Assembly (NCBI RefSeq): GCF_009914755.1
Contig: NC_060931.1
Strand: one strand, 5' to 3'
DNA: 64,000 nucleotides
From: the human T2T-CHM13v2.0 reference genome, Homo sapiens
The translations under genes and the position numbers were made by a program. Below are positions 32,723-44,143 of this stretch, in pieces; the stretch's first letter is position 1, and each line of letters starts with the position of its first letter. The notes under the pieces are model-generated. The model saw only the letters and a program-made list of their open reading frames with translations, did no database searches and was not told the origin of the DNA.

Positions 32723-32842
32723 CGCTCAGATAGTTTCATAACAGAGGCATCACTTAGCCGCACACAGTTGCTTAAATTTAGCTCTCTTATCCTCATGCTT
32801 GCAGGACCATCAAGAAATTGCTTTAGTCCCATATCACCAATT
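32723..32842 (-). CDS. FBXL13: FBXL13 exon D (120 nt, phase 2/2): IGDMGLKQFLDGPASMRIRELNLSNCVRLSDASVMKLSE(R)
   Basis: Acceptor tctctttcctacag|A, donor GCG|gtatga; LRR motif IRELNLSNC; frame continuous. Confidence 0.93.
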
Positions 32843-33830
32843 CTGTAGGAAAGAGAGAAAAATTTTACATGTGATTCTATATATAAACATATAGAATAGT
32901 ATTAAAGTAATAGCTACCATACCCAATATATTTCTAAAATAGCAAGGTAATATCTATATACTGGTATTTTGTCAACATTTTAAAACCAAATTTGATTATA
33001 TAGATTTTAATGTAATAAAATGTATAAATGAGAGGAATGGGAGAAGTATTAATTAAAATGTTATTTCTGTTCCTTTGTTCATAATTTTTAATAAGACAGA
33101 TGGCCCTCAAGGTCTTTTTCTCTTGGGTTAAAAAGTGATCAAGTTAAGTAGTCCCTGATACCATTTCCTGCAAAAGAAAAAGATCAAAACTTAGGAGAGT
33201 GAGAACCAAGACTAAGAGTCAAACTACTGCCATGATTTTGGAGGAATTTTCACTAAATACAAGGTCAATTTGCTGGATAGGAAACCCAATATGAGCCCTT
33301 TGGCTTCTTTCCTTCTGAATCAGAGAAAACCTGATGCTGGAAGAAGACCTTGACCTCAGCCTTCCCAAACTATCCTAATCAGAAACTTCTTCTGTGTGTC
33401 AGTGCCATAACCCTACCATGTTGATCTTGCTTTATAAATGGCTGGATGTCTGTTTGGCCCATCAGTTCCCTGTCTTCCATTGGGATCTTCATTTCTAATT
33501 CCAATTGAGAACCACCAGATCCTTCTAAGAAGCATTTCAGCAAATAAAGCAGGACAGGAGTTTCCACCATTGCAATCCTAAGAGGCAGTTTCACAACAGC
33601 TCTACAGGTGGGCGTACAGATGGGAAGAACACTGGGAGCAAAACATACTGATTGCTGACATCCGTTTACACCCTCCGTTTGTTCAGATTTGCAAAGAACT
33701 GAGCAGTTAAGGCAAAAGATATCCTGTTTCAGCTGAATGAGCCATAGTAGGTGGATGCGATGCCTGTGTGCCCATCAACCTTCCACCTATAAGAGGGGGA
33801 GTGTGCCAGCACCTAGGAAAGCAGTTAAGG

Positions 33831-33831
<1 letters not shown>

Positions 33832-33870
<39 letters not shown>
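33832..33870. repeat. (TG)19 microsatellite
   Basis: Uninterrupted TG run. Confidence 0.97.
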
Positions 33871-33873
<3 letters not shown>

Positions 33874-34092
33874 AATTCATATTATAGTCAAGAAAGGATT
33901 AAAAGTGAATGGAAAAGATTATTGAGGTAATGATCCAAATTAATTGGTTAATACATTTAGGGCCAAACCTGGATATCAAAAGTATCCATGCTGTTTTTTT
34001 GTTTGTTTGTTTGTTTTTTAATACACAAGCTGGGGTTTCATCCCTAAAGATTCAGACTCAATAGCTCTGAAGTGGGGCTTGGGCATCTATAG

Positions 34093-34402
34093 TTTTTTTT
34101 GTATGTTTGTTTGTTTGTTTTTGAGACCAAGTCTCTCTCTGTCGCCCAGGCTGGAGTGCAGTGGCACGATCTCAGCTCACTACAAGCTCTGCCTCCTGGG
34201 TTCACACCATTCTCCTGCCTCAGCCTCCCGAGTAGCTAGGACTACAGGCGACTGCCACCATGCCTGGCTAATTCTGTGTATTTTTAGTAGAGACGGGGTT
34301 TCACCATGTTAGCCAGGATGGTCTCGATCTCCTGACCTCGTGATCCGCCCACCTGGGCCTCCCAAAGTGCTGGGATTACAGGCGTGAGCCACCACGCCCG
34401 AC
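34093..34402 (-). mobile_element. AluY/Sc
   Basis: 16-bp TSD gggcatctatagtttt. Confidence 0.95.
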
Positions 34403-35557
34403 GGGCATCTATAGTTTTATTCAGCTCCTCAGGTGATTCTGACACCTTAGGATTTTTACTTTTAAATTCTTTTAAATATGTATTTTTAATTTATCTTTTT
34501 GTTGCTGATTCCCATTGCTTTGTAGAGAGAGAATACCATTTGTTGATAAAAATAGTTTGAAAGTTGCTGGAACTTGCTTTTAAATTTTGTCCATGCATGA
34601 TTTTTTAAAGGATTGATGTGTGTTTGAGAAAAACAAAAATTCTTTAACTACCCAACTTACTATTTTAGGTTTAACTCTTATATGTACATATTAAAATCTT
34701 AAAACTCTGAAATTAAGCTTAATCTTTTTACCCTATATGTTATACTTTTTCATCCTCCCTCTGTTGTCATTTCTTCAGAATGATCTCCCAGCTCTATACT
34801 TCTCTCCTCTGTGAGTTCTAATCTGCTGATCAGCATTCCATTGTTTATTTCAATAACTATATTACATCATTTGTTTCTAAAAGTTAGGTTTTTTTCCCAG
34901 ATAAATCTAATTGTTTTATTATGTTTGGTTGTCTGCTCATATTTCTGATCCCATTTTTTATTTCTTCAAACATTTCATACATGTTTACTTAACAATCCAT
35001 GTCTGACAATTCCTGTATCTGAATTACCTGAAGGTCAAATGTATCTTGCTGTTTCTGTGACTCTTTCTCATGGTGACTTATATCTTTGTGCATTTTGACA
35101 ATCTTTGACTTTGAGCACCTATTTATTTGATCTTAATCTCTAGCCTGAGAAGCTTTGTGCTAACTTCTTCCAGGAGCTCAGGAACTACCTACCTGAGACC
35201 ACTCTGCCCCCTTAAAGAGGTACAAACCCTACAGAAGTCTCAGGTTCTGCCTCCCTACTTTGAGTCTTGCTCAGAGCTGATTCTCTCAAAGGCAATTGTT
35301 GTCATAAAATTTGTGCTCAGAGCTGCTCAACCTTTTGTGTTTGCTGGCTATTCACTATTCATCTCAAGGAATTTGTTCATTGAGAGAGTAGAAAAGAATG
35401 AGGGGATTCAAGGCTACTGGATATTTCTCTTACTCTTTGTGAGCTCAGCAGTATATTGAAAATATATTTAATCACGGATCTGAATATTTTTGGCAGAGCC
35501 CTTTGAAGTGTCTTGTCACCTCTACTTCTGGAGGCAGAAAACTTCCATTTAAGATTA

Positions 35558-35860
<303 letters not shown>

Positions 35861-35989
35861 TTAACCCGCAGAAGCCTGCACGAAATGCAAGAATGAAATT
35901 CAGTTTTATTTCACATATTCATACAGATAGAATTAGTTGATACACACTTGTGTATGTAGTGTGTGTGTGTGTGGGGGGGTGGGTGTCTC

Positions 35990-36265
35990 ACTGTTATCAT
36001 TACTATGTAACAAATTGATCCAAACTTTGTGGCTTAAATGGCAAACATTTATTATCTCCCAGTTTCTGGACCTCAGGGATTTAGAAGTGAACTAGAGTGG
36101 TTCTAGCTCAGGGTCTCTCATGAGTGTGTAGTCAAGATGCCAGCTGGAGCTTCAGTCATCTGAAGGTTTGACTGGGGCTGTAGGGTCTGCTTCCAGGCTC
36201 ACTCACATGGCTGTTGGCGGGAGGCTTTAATTCTTCACTGGCCCTTGGCTGGAGCCCTCATTTCC
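35990..36265. mobile_element. MLT1 (MaLR) LTR fragment
   Basis: tgtaacaaatt..ccaaactttgtggcttaaa...catctgaaggtttgactggggctg. Confidence 0.75.
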
Positions 36266-36375
36266 TAATCCAGGTTTTTCCCATTCCAAACCCTTATATC
36301 TCCTCCAGCTCCCAATGACCCATGCTGCCTCCCCATTTTAATAACAGGCAACATAGGTTGAGATTCTGTGTAGTG

Positions 36376-36675
36376 GGCCAGTGCAGTGGCTCATGCCTAT
36401 AATCCCAGCATTTTGGGAGGCCAAGGTGGAAGGATCACCTGAAGCCAGGACTTTGAGACCTGCCTGGGCAATCTAGTGAGACCCCGACTCTAGAAAAATT
36501 TAAAAACTAGCTGGATATGATGGAGTGTGCCTTGTAGTTCTAGCTACTTGGGAGGCTGAGGCAGGAGGACCACTTGAGCCCAGGAGTTCAAGGTTACAGT
36601 AACTGTGCAACTGTACTTCAGCCTGGGCAATAGAGCAAGACCTTGTCTCTAAAAAATAAAAATAAATAAATAAAA
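36376..36675 (+). mobile_element. AluJ
   Basis: Dimer plus (AAAT)n tail. Confidence 0.92.
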
Positions 36676-36875
36676 GATTTTGTGTAGCTTAGATTATTAT
36701 GCTGACTTGTGCTTTCCCAAATATTAGCCAACTTCAATGTGGATCAAGTACTATTTTGTGGATCAAATGCTATTTTGTTATTATCTGGCCCTATAAGATT
36801 ATAAGAATTCTACATAGGTAAGAGTCTGAGCTACCCACTGGGGAACAGGTTTCAGCAAGAAACCTCTTGATCCTT

Positions 36876-37157
36876 GGCCGGGTGCAGAGGCTCACACTTG
36901 TATTCCCAGCACTTTGGGAGGCTGAGGCAGGTGGATCACTTGAGGTCAGGAATTCAAGAACAGCCTGGCCAAAGTGGTAAAACCCTCTCTCTACTAAAAA
37001 TACAAAAATTAGTCAGGTGGGCTGGCACACACCTGTAATCTCAGCTACTCAGGAGGCTGAGGCTAGAGAATCACTTGAGCATGGGAGGCAGAGGTTGCAG
37101 TGAGCTGAGATCGTGCCACTGCCCTCCAGCCTGGGCAACAGAGCGAGACTCTGTCTC

Positions 37158-37188
<31 letters not shown>

Positions 37189-37190
37189 AA
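36876..37190 (+). mobile_element. Alu (S/Jb)
   Basis: Dimer plus (AAAAC)n tail. Confidence 0.93.
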
Positions 37191-37695
37191 CAGAATTTGC
37201 TCCTGAGAATACCAGGAGAGTAGTCCAATAGTGGCCCAGCTAAAGAAAGGATTTCAGTAAGAACCCACCCTCTGTCCATTTGTCAGAAATTCTTCACAGA
37301 GGAAAAATCTATCCAGTACCCAAGAGGAAAACCTTCAATGAGATTGGTTCTTCATAAGCAAGTCAGAAAGTCCATGTGGGAAAAGATCATGTTAACTGAA
37401 CTAGCTATGGAAACCCTCAATAGGAAAGGTAGCCTGTAAGTATTCCTGTGAGTTTCCTTAATTTTACAAGGGTCCATAATTCCTCACATCCTGAGCTTCC
37501 CCTACACCCCATATAATCAACCTGGGTTGGGAGCCCCTCTTTCTTATAACTACAGAACTCTGCACTTACCTCTACTTTAACACATGAACTCTTGACTTTC
37601 ATGTTTACCCCACAAACCATAAGTTCCTTAGGAGAGAACCTGGCACATACTAGATAATCAACGTTTCTTGAATATATTACTGAATGACTCATTAC

Positions 37696-37858
37696 CTTAC
37701 ACAATTTGCCAAATTCAACACAGTCAGTTGCTTCAAAGGTGAAAGGGATCTGAGGCTGCTGTCTGTTATTCCCTTGCAGTCAGCCATATAAATGTGACTG
37801 AGATTTGGATAATTCTTGTCTATAAATTTGAAGGATGCATCAGTAACCCTTTTATTTC
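37696..37858 (-). CDS. FBXL13: FBXL13 exon C (163 nt, phase 1/2): (G)NKRVTDASFKFIDKNYPNLSHIYMADCKGITDSSLRSLSPLKQLTVLNLANCV(R)
   Basis: Acceptor aaaacag|GA, donor AAG|gtaatg; LxxLxLxxC LRR; 100-nt intron separates it from exon B. Confidence 0.94.
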
Positions 37859-37958
37859 CTGTTTTTAAAAAACAGAAGAAAAGACAAGTATTGTATTTAG
37901 AATGCCACAAGAGTAAAAGTAAACAATAATGCTGAACCACATTTTTAATATAACAGAC

Positions 37959-38076
37959 CTTCAAATCGGATCTTTCTGAGTTTACAAGCAGAAAGAGCTC
38001 TGAAAGTACAATCGGAGATATGCGGTGCACCAGTGAAAACCAGCGATGTAATACGAGAGCATTTTTCAACTAAAGC
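37959..38076 (-). CDS. FBXL13: FBXL13 exon B (118 nt, phase 0/1): ALVEKCSRITSLVFTGAPHISDCTFRALSACKLRKIRFE(G)
   Basis: Acceptor ttttcttctaaag|GCT, donor AAG|gtctgt; translated by hand (missed in this frame by the ORF track). Confidence 0.93.
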
Positions 38077-38604
38077 CTTTAGAAGAAAAAAATGATTAAA
38101 TTAATCAAGTGTACAGAACAGGTTTAGCAAGGTAATGAAGTCACTTTTTCCTTCAATATATTAGAGACAGACATGTTAACTGTTAATTTTCCTAATTTCA
38201 AAGACAACTGGATTTTTCCATACATTTTAATACACCTACATTTGACTAATGTGGAGGAATCAGAATTAAATCACGTACTAAGAGTATGGGAAAATATGAG
38301 AAATGGACTACTGAAAAAAATTACTACATTTGGCAGCTTAGCATGGAGAACTAAACTCAAAGTTTGTGCTTAGGCTGTAACATCACTAAAAAAAATCCTA
38401 ACTGTGAAACAAGGTTTCTTAGGATATTTAAGGATTCACATGTTTTCAAGGGTATGTGCATGTGTGGAAACTTTTCAATGATTTTATTACTATTTTAAAA
38501 TAACTAAAATGAAAAGTCCATTCATATTTTTCAGTAATTCAAGCCATTAGAACATATATCTATCTTATGGGACAGAAAAGTAAAGGTACTTCCCAACTAC
38601 CTAC

Positions 38605-38703
38605 TTTTACACAGTTGTCCGTCAGAGTTGGCATGTCATTAATGGTAAGATGCATAATTCCAGTGCAGCTGTTTGCAATGTACCTGAAGCCTTGGACTGA
38701 AAT
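38605..38703 (-). CDS. FBXL13: FBXL13 internal coding exon A (99 nt, phase 0/0): ISVQGFRYIANSCTGIMHLTINDMPTLTDNCVK
   Basis: Acceptor ...aattcag|ATT, donor AAA|gtaggt; cysteine-containing LRR pattern; in frame with next exon; peptide recognised as FBXL13. Confidence 0.93.
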
Positions 38704-38861
38704 CTGAATTGTACAGAGTAGAAAATAATGGGAGAATGCATTAGCATGATAAAAATCCAAGGGAGTAATAACCAAAGATACACCATAATTTTGTTACTAT
38801 GTTTTAAAATTAACCATAAAATGTGGCAGACACAAGAGGGAAAGAATCTAGTCTTGATTTC

Positions 38862-40425
38862 TTTTTTTTATTTAATTTTTTATCGAGGTAAAATTTATAT
38901 AACATAAAATAAGCCATGTAAGCCAGATGCAGCAGTGCATGCCTGTAGTCTCAGCAACTTGGGAGGCTGAGATAGGAGGATCACCTCAGCCAGGAGTTCA
39001 AGGCCAGCCTGGGCAACACAGCAAGACCCTGTCTCTTTAAAAAAATTTTTTTAATTAAAAAAAATTAACCACTTACATAAGTTATTTAATCATTCATAAT
39101 GTTGTGCAACCAGCACCTAAATGTAGTTCCAAAACATTTTCATCACCCAAAAGGAAATCCTGTACCCATTAAGCAATTGCTGCCTATACTCCTTTCCTCC
39201 TGGCCCCTGGCATCATTAATCGGTGTCCTGTCTCCATAAATTTACCTATTCTGAATATTTCATATAAATGGAATTATACAATATGTGGCCTTTTGTTCCT
39301 GGCTTCTTTCACTTAGTGTAATGTTTTTGAGGTTCATGCACATTGTAGCATGCATGAACACCTCAATCGTTTTTATGACTGAATAATATCCTATTCAATG
39401 GAAAAACTACGTTTTAAAAATCCATTAATCTGTTAATGGGTATGTGGATTGTTTCCATCTTTTGGATATTGAATATCTACACGCATGTACATCTATTTGT
39501 TTGAATATCAGGTTTCAATTCTTTTGGGTATATATTTAGGAGAAGAATTGCTGGATCATATGGCAATTCTATGCTTAATTTTTAAGAACCACCAAAATGT
39601 TTTCTTCAGGTGCTGCACCATTTTACCTACCCACCAGAAATCTATAAGTGTTCCAATTTCTCCACATCACCAACACTTATTTCCCATTAAAACAAATTTC
39701 CTTGTGGGCTTGAAGTGGTACTCCATTGTGATTTTCATTTGCATCCCCTTAATGAATAATGATATGAGTATCTTTTCATGTACTTGCTAGCCATTGGTAT
39801 GTCTTCTTTGGGAAAATGTCTAGTCAAGTTATTTGCCTTTTTTTTTTTAGTTGGGTTGTTTGTCTTTTTGTTGTTGAATTGTAAGAATTCTTCATATATT
39901 CTGGATACCAAGTCCTTATTAGATGTACGACTCAAAATTATTTTCCATTCTGTAGGTTGTCTTCTCATTTTTTAAAATCATGTACTTCGATGCATAAACA
40001 CTTTTAAGTTTGATGAAGTTCAGTTTATCTATTTTTTCTTTTGTTGTTCATGCTTTTGGTGTCATATTTAAGAATGTATTGCCAAATCCAAGGTCATGAA
40101 GATTTACCTCCTATTTTTTCTTCAAAAGGGTTTATTATTTTGGCTCTTATATTTAGGTTATTGACCATTTTGTGTTAATTTTTATACATAGTGTGAGGTA
40201 GGGGTCCAACTTCACTTTTTTTTCATGTGGATATACAGTTGCCCCAGTGCCAGTTGTTGAAGAAAGTATTCTTTTCCCCATTGAATGGTCTCAGCACCCT
40301 TTTCAAAAGACAATTGGCCATAAATGTATAGATTTATTTCTGGACTGTCAATTCTACTCCATTGTTCTATATGTCTATCCTTATGCCAGTGCCATACTGT
40401 TTCAATTACTGTAGCTTTGTAGTAC
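38862..40425 (-). mobile_element. L1MB-type 3' fragment with an inserted FLAM (+, about 38921-39046)
   Basis: ORF2 remnant [23 protein letters not shown]; L1MB-like 3'UTR. Confidence 0.85.
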
Positions 40426-41547
40426 CGATTTCTTTCTTTTCAACTATCATTATCCACATTAATGGAAAGACCAGTGGCAGAGAGTGTCCGAAATAATGAC
40501 TGATTCAAAGATCAAAATATTTGCCTATAATGAATTACCTTAAGATAATTTGTTATTTAGACTGCATTTCCTGTAACAAATGGACACAGATAGGAAATCA
40601 GATTGTGTTCAGATTCAGTAAAGGGAAATTGAGATGCTGCCCAGAAGCAGACAGAAGGGGAACTCCCCTGAAGGGTCATCTCCAGAAGAGTATGACAGGG
40701 ACAATGAGGAGCAGCAGCTACAATGGACCTCTAGGGAGACCTTTGGAGACTTCATTTGCGCCACCTCTCACTAAAGGTGACTTCCAAGGTTCTGTCATCA
40801 GAGCCTCCACCTATTCAGAAAAGACTAGCCAAAAGTTAGGGAACTGAGTGTCATAGCCCCAGGACAACCAGAGCTCAACTCAAATGTCACTTCCTTAGGA
40901 AGTGTTCCTGACCCTTAGATTAGACCAGTTTCTTGTTATATACTTACATCACCATGTAATTATCATAACTACAATTATATTCATTTTATGATTGATTAGT
41001 TATTAAATGAATCCCCTGTATACAGCTCCCAGCATGGTGCCTATAACAACTGATGAGATAATTGAGTAATATTATTACATGAATAAATGGAGGAATGTAT
41101 GAATGGCTTCTGAGAACCATGTCTATTCAGTAGGTTCCCCTTCTCAGCAGACACTAATAATATGAGCACCCAGACAAAAGCCAAAGGAATTTTTATAGCT
41201 ATTGAAATAAAAAGAAAAGAGAAAAAATGCTAAGGGAAGCCCTTGAAACCAGGGGCTGAGCATGCAGGCCTGATTTGCTACAGAAGCCAGGCCTTTGGGT
41301 TGGATTATATTTGGACAATTTTTCTACATTTCTAGTATTTTTCTATTGTGCTACAGAAGCCAGGCCTTTGGGTGGGATTATACTTGGATAATTTTTCTAA
41401 AAAGACTTTGGGAAATATGTTTCTAAAGCCTGAACAAATTTATGGCAATTCGTATGATGGAGTGCAATACAGTTACAAGTTAATGTTTTAGGAGAATAAC
41501 TGAGCTCATGATATTATTTCATGAAGAAAAAGTTGATTATATAAGGC

Positions 41548-41703
41548 CTTGCTATACAAAATGTGGTCCATAGACCAGCAGCATAGGCATCACCTGGGAG
41601 CTTGTTCAAAGTACAGAATCTTAGCCCACCACTACTGACTTAGAGGCTGCACTTGAACAAGACAGGTGATTTACACACAGACATGACAGTTTGAAAAGTG
41701 CTA
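41548..41703. mobile_element. MER5A hAT DNA transposon
   Basis: gtggtcc..agaccagcagcat.ggcatcacctgggagcttgtt...cagaatct. Confidence 0.8.
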
Positions 41704-41732
41704 ACTGGGAGGAAATGAAGAACAAAAAGAAA

Positions 41733-41795
41733 GTATATCAGTCAGGGTTCTCCAGAGAAACAGAACCAATAGGATATACTTACATCCAAGTATAT

Positions 41796-41836
<41 letters not shown>

Positions 41837-42244
41837 TCCAAGTGTGTGTATGTGTGTGTATGGAGAGAGAAAGAGACAGAGTGAGAAATGTATTTTAAGG
41901 AATTGGTCATGTGATTGTGGGGGCTGGCAAATCTGAAATTGGTATACCAGGCTGGTAGTCTAGAAACTCAGAATTTCTACATTGCAAGTCTTGCAGCAGA
42001 ATTGTTTCCTCTTCAGGAAACCTCAGTCTTGGAGACCTGTCTTTATTCTTAACATCTTCAACTGAATGAAGTTCACCCACATTATAGAGGGGAGTCCACT
42101 TTACTCAAAGTCTACTGATTTAAATGTTTATCACATCTCAAAAATAAAAACAAAACAAACCTTTGCAACAACATTTACACTGGTGTTTGACCAAACAACT
42201 AGGCACTATAGCCTAACCAAAGTGACATAAAATTAACCATCACA
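41733..42244. mobile_element. MLT2 (ERVL) solo LTR with internal (CA)n
   Basis: agtcagggttctccagagaaacagaaccaatagga ... aaattaaccatcaca. Confidence 0.88.
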
Positions 42245-42648
42245 GAAGGAAATACACCAAATGCTAATAGTGATTATCTCTGAAGAGTGGATAGTTTTCA
42301 AATTTTCTACAGTGACCATGTATAGTCAGAAAAAAAGAGAAACAGAAAAAGGCATCTTTGGGGAAAAGATAGCGTAAGGAAGCCCTTGGACAGTTTTTGA
42401 ATCATCTCCTACCATAGACCTCTTCTTTCAGGGAAACACTAACTAATAAATGGCCCACGACTCTTTATAACTCTTCCTGCAATCCGTGTGTGCCTTACTT
42501 TCCTTCAAAGAGATGTTCAGGTACTCTTTTTTTGAATTTCCTACTGTGTTGGACAACTATGAGGGGATGAATGAATTAAATTTAGGAGTAAGATAAAGTC
42601 TGGGAAAGAGTGCAGAGTTTGGCAACAGACAAGACTGAAAAGAATTCC

Positions 42649-42947
42649 AGGCTGGGTGCAGTGGCTCACGCCTGTAATCCCAGCACTTTGGGAGGCCAAG
42701 GTGGGCAGATCACGAGGTCAGGAGATTGAGACCATCCTGGCTAATACGGTGAAACCCCATCTCAACTAAAAATACAAAAAAATTAGCCAGGCATGGTGGC
42801 ACACGCCTATAGTCCCAGCTACTCAGGAGGCTGAGGCAGGAGAATCGCCGGGAGGCGGAACTTGCAGTGAGCTGAGATTGCTCCACTGCACTTCTTCAGC
42901 CTGGGCAACAGAGCGAGACTCTGTCTCAAAATAAAAGAAAAGAAAAA
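42649..42947 (+). mobile_element. AluSc/Y-like
   Basis: Dimer; flanks aaaaga(a)ttcca. Confidence 0.93.
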
Positions 42948-43229
42948 GATTCCAGGTGGAAGGTAAGCACAAGTGGAGGCAAAGCAGTGGGAGTGCTGGT
43001 CTTGGCTGAAGTGGCAGGATCACTCTTGGGATGAATAAGAAAAGTTGAGTAGGTAAGGAAGGAGGGAAAGCTAGTAGAAGACTGGTAAGGCAAGAATGAG
43101 GTGGTTTTTTTGTTTGTTTTTGTTTTTTTTTGTACTGCTATGAATTCTTGAGTAAACTTTTTATAAGTAGCCCAGAGCAAAGTCCAGGGGAGAGGAATGA
43201 GCCTTTCAAAACATGAACAGAGGAGGAGA

Positions 43230-43445
43230 GAAGAATGCTGGGTTTGGAGTTAGCTGGGCTGGTTTTGAGTCTGGCTCTACCTCTTTCTTGCTTATAACAA
43301 AAAGTAGCTCAACCTCTCGACTCTTAGTTTCCTCATCTGGAAAATGAGCATAATAATACCCATTTTAGGAAATTCTTGAGAAAATAAAATGAGGCAATGT
43401 ATATAAAAGTGATTAGCTAGCATAATGTCTGGCATGTAATATTGT
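43230..43445. mobile_element. MIR
   Basis: cttagtttcctcatctggaaaatgag..taataatacc core. Confidence 0.7.
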
Positions 43446-43799
43446 TATCACTTTTCCTGTTATTGTTCTTCTGGGCACATTTTGCTCCCATGGGAAAGAA
43501 TCAAGAAGCAGGAGTAGGGGGTCTTGAGAACTCATTGTGGTGCAGCCCTCTTACTGCAAACAAAGAAATGGGATTCAGAGAAGTTGTGTGATCGGAGAAC
43601 AGGTTCTTTATCTATTCCTCACAACGTGGCCCCAGTGCTGAACATAGTGTCTGACACAGAGTGGGTGCTCCAGAAATGTTGAATGAATGAATGAATGGAT
43701 TATCTTGAGTCACATAGCAATGGCAGAGCCAGGGCTAGAGGCCACCTCTTCCTATTATGACACACAACCCCAGGTTTGAGAACTGTTTTTTGTTTGTTT

Positions 43800-44143
43800 T
43801 TAATTTTTATTATTATTATTATACTTTAAGTTCTAGGGTACATGTGCACAACGTGCAGGTTTGTTAAATAGGTATACATGTGCCATGTTGGTTTGCTGCA
43901 CCCAACAACTCGTCATTTACATTAGGTATTTCTCCTAATGCTATCCCTCCCCCAGTCCCCCACCCTCTGACAGGCCCCCGTGTGTGATGTTCCCTGCCTT
44001 GTGTCCAGGTGTTCTCATTGTTCAATTCCCACCTATGAGTGAGAACATGCAGTGTTTGGTTTTTTGTCCTTGTGATAGTTTGCTGAGAATGATGATTTCC
44101 AGCTTCATTCATGTCCCTGCAAAGGACAAGAGCTCATCCTTTG
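43800..44143 (-). mobile_element. L1PA 3'-end fragment
   Basis: ttatactttaagttctagggtacatgtgcacaacgtgcagg... 3'UTR and ORF2 tail. Confidence 0.92.

Noticed and set aside
36737-36778. Short tandem duplications (here, about 53770-53805, 56033-56088, 58950-58990)
   Set aside because: Ordinary slippage-type duplications with no further structure.
37692-38069. 125-aa ORF reading through exon B, the 100-nt intron and exon C as a novel isoform
   Set aside because: It starts at a TTG just after an in-frame TAG, and only the exon C part is LRR-like. The +4 donor of exon A leads into a different frame that stops at once, so there is no compensating splice.
40755-40775. Possible CTCF site gcgccacctctcac
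   Set aside because: Only half of the motif matches; the (A/G)GTGG end is missing.
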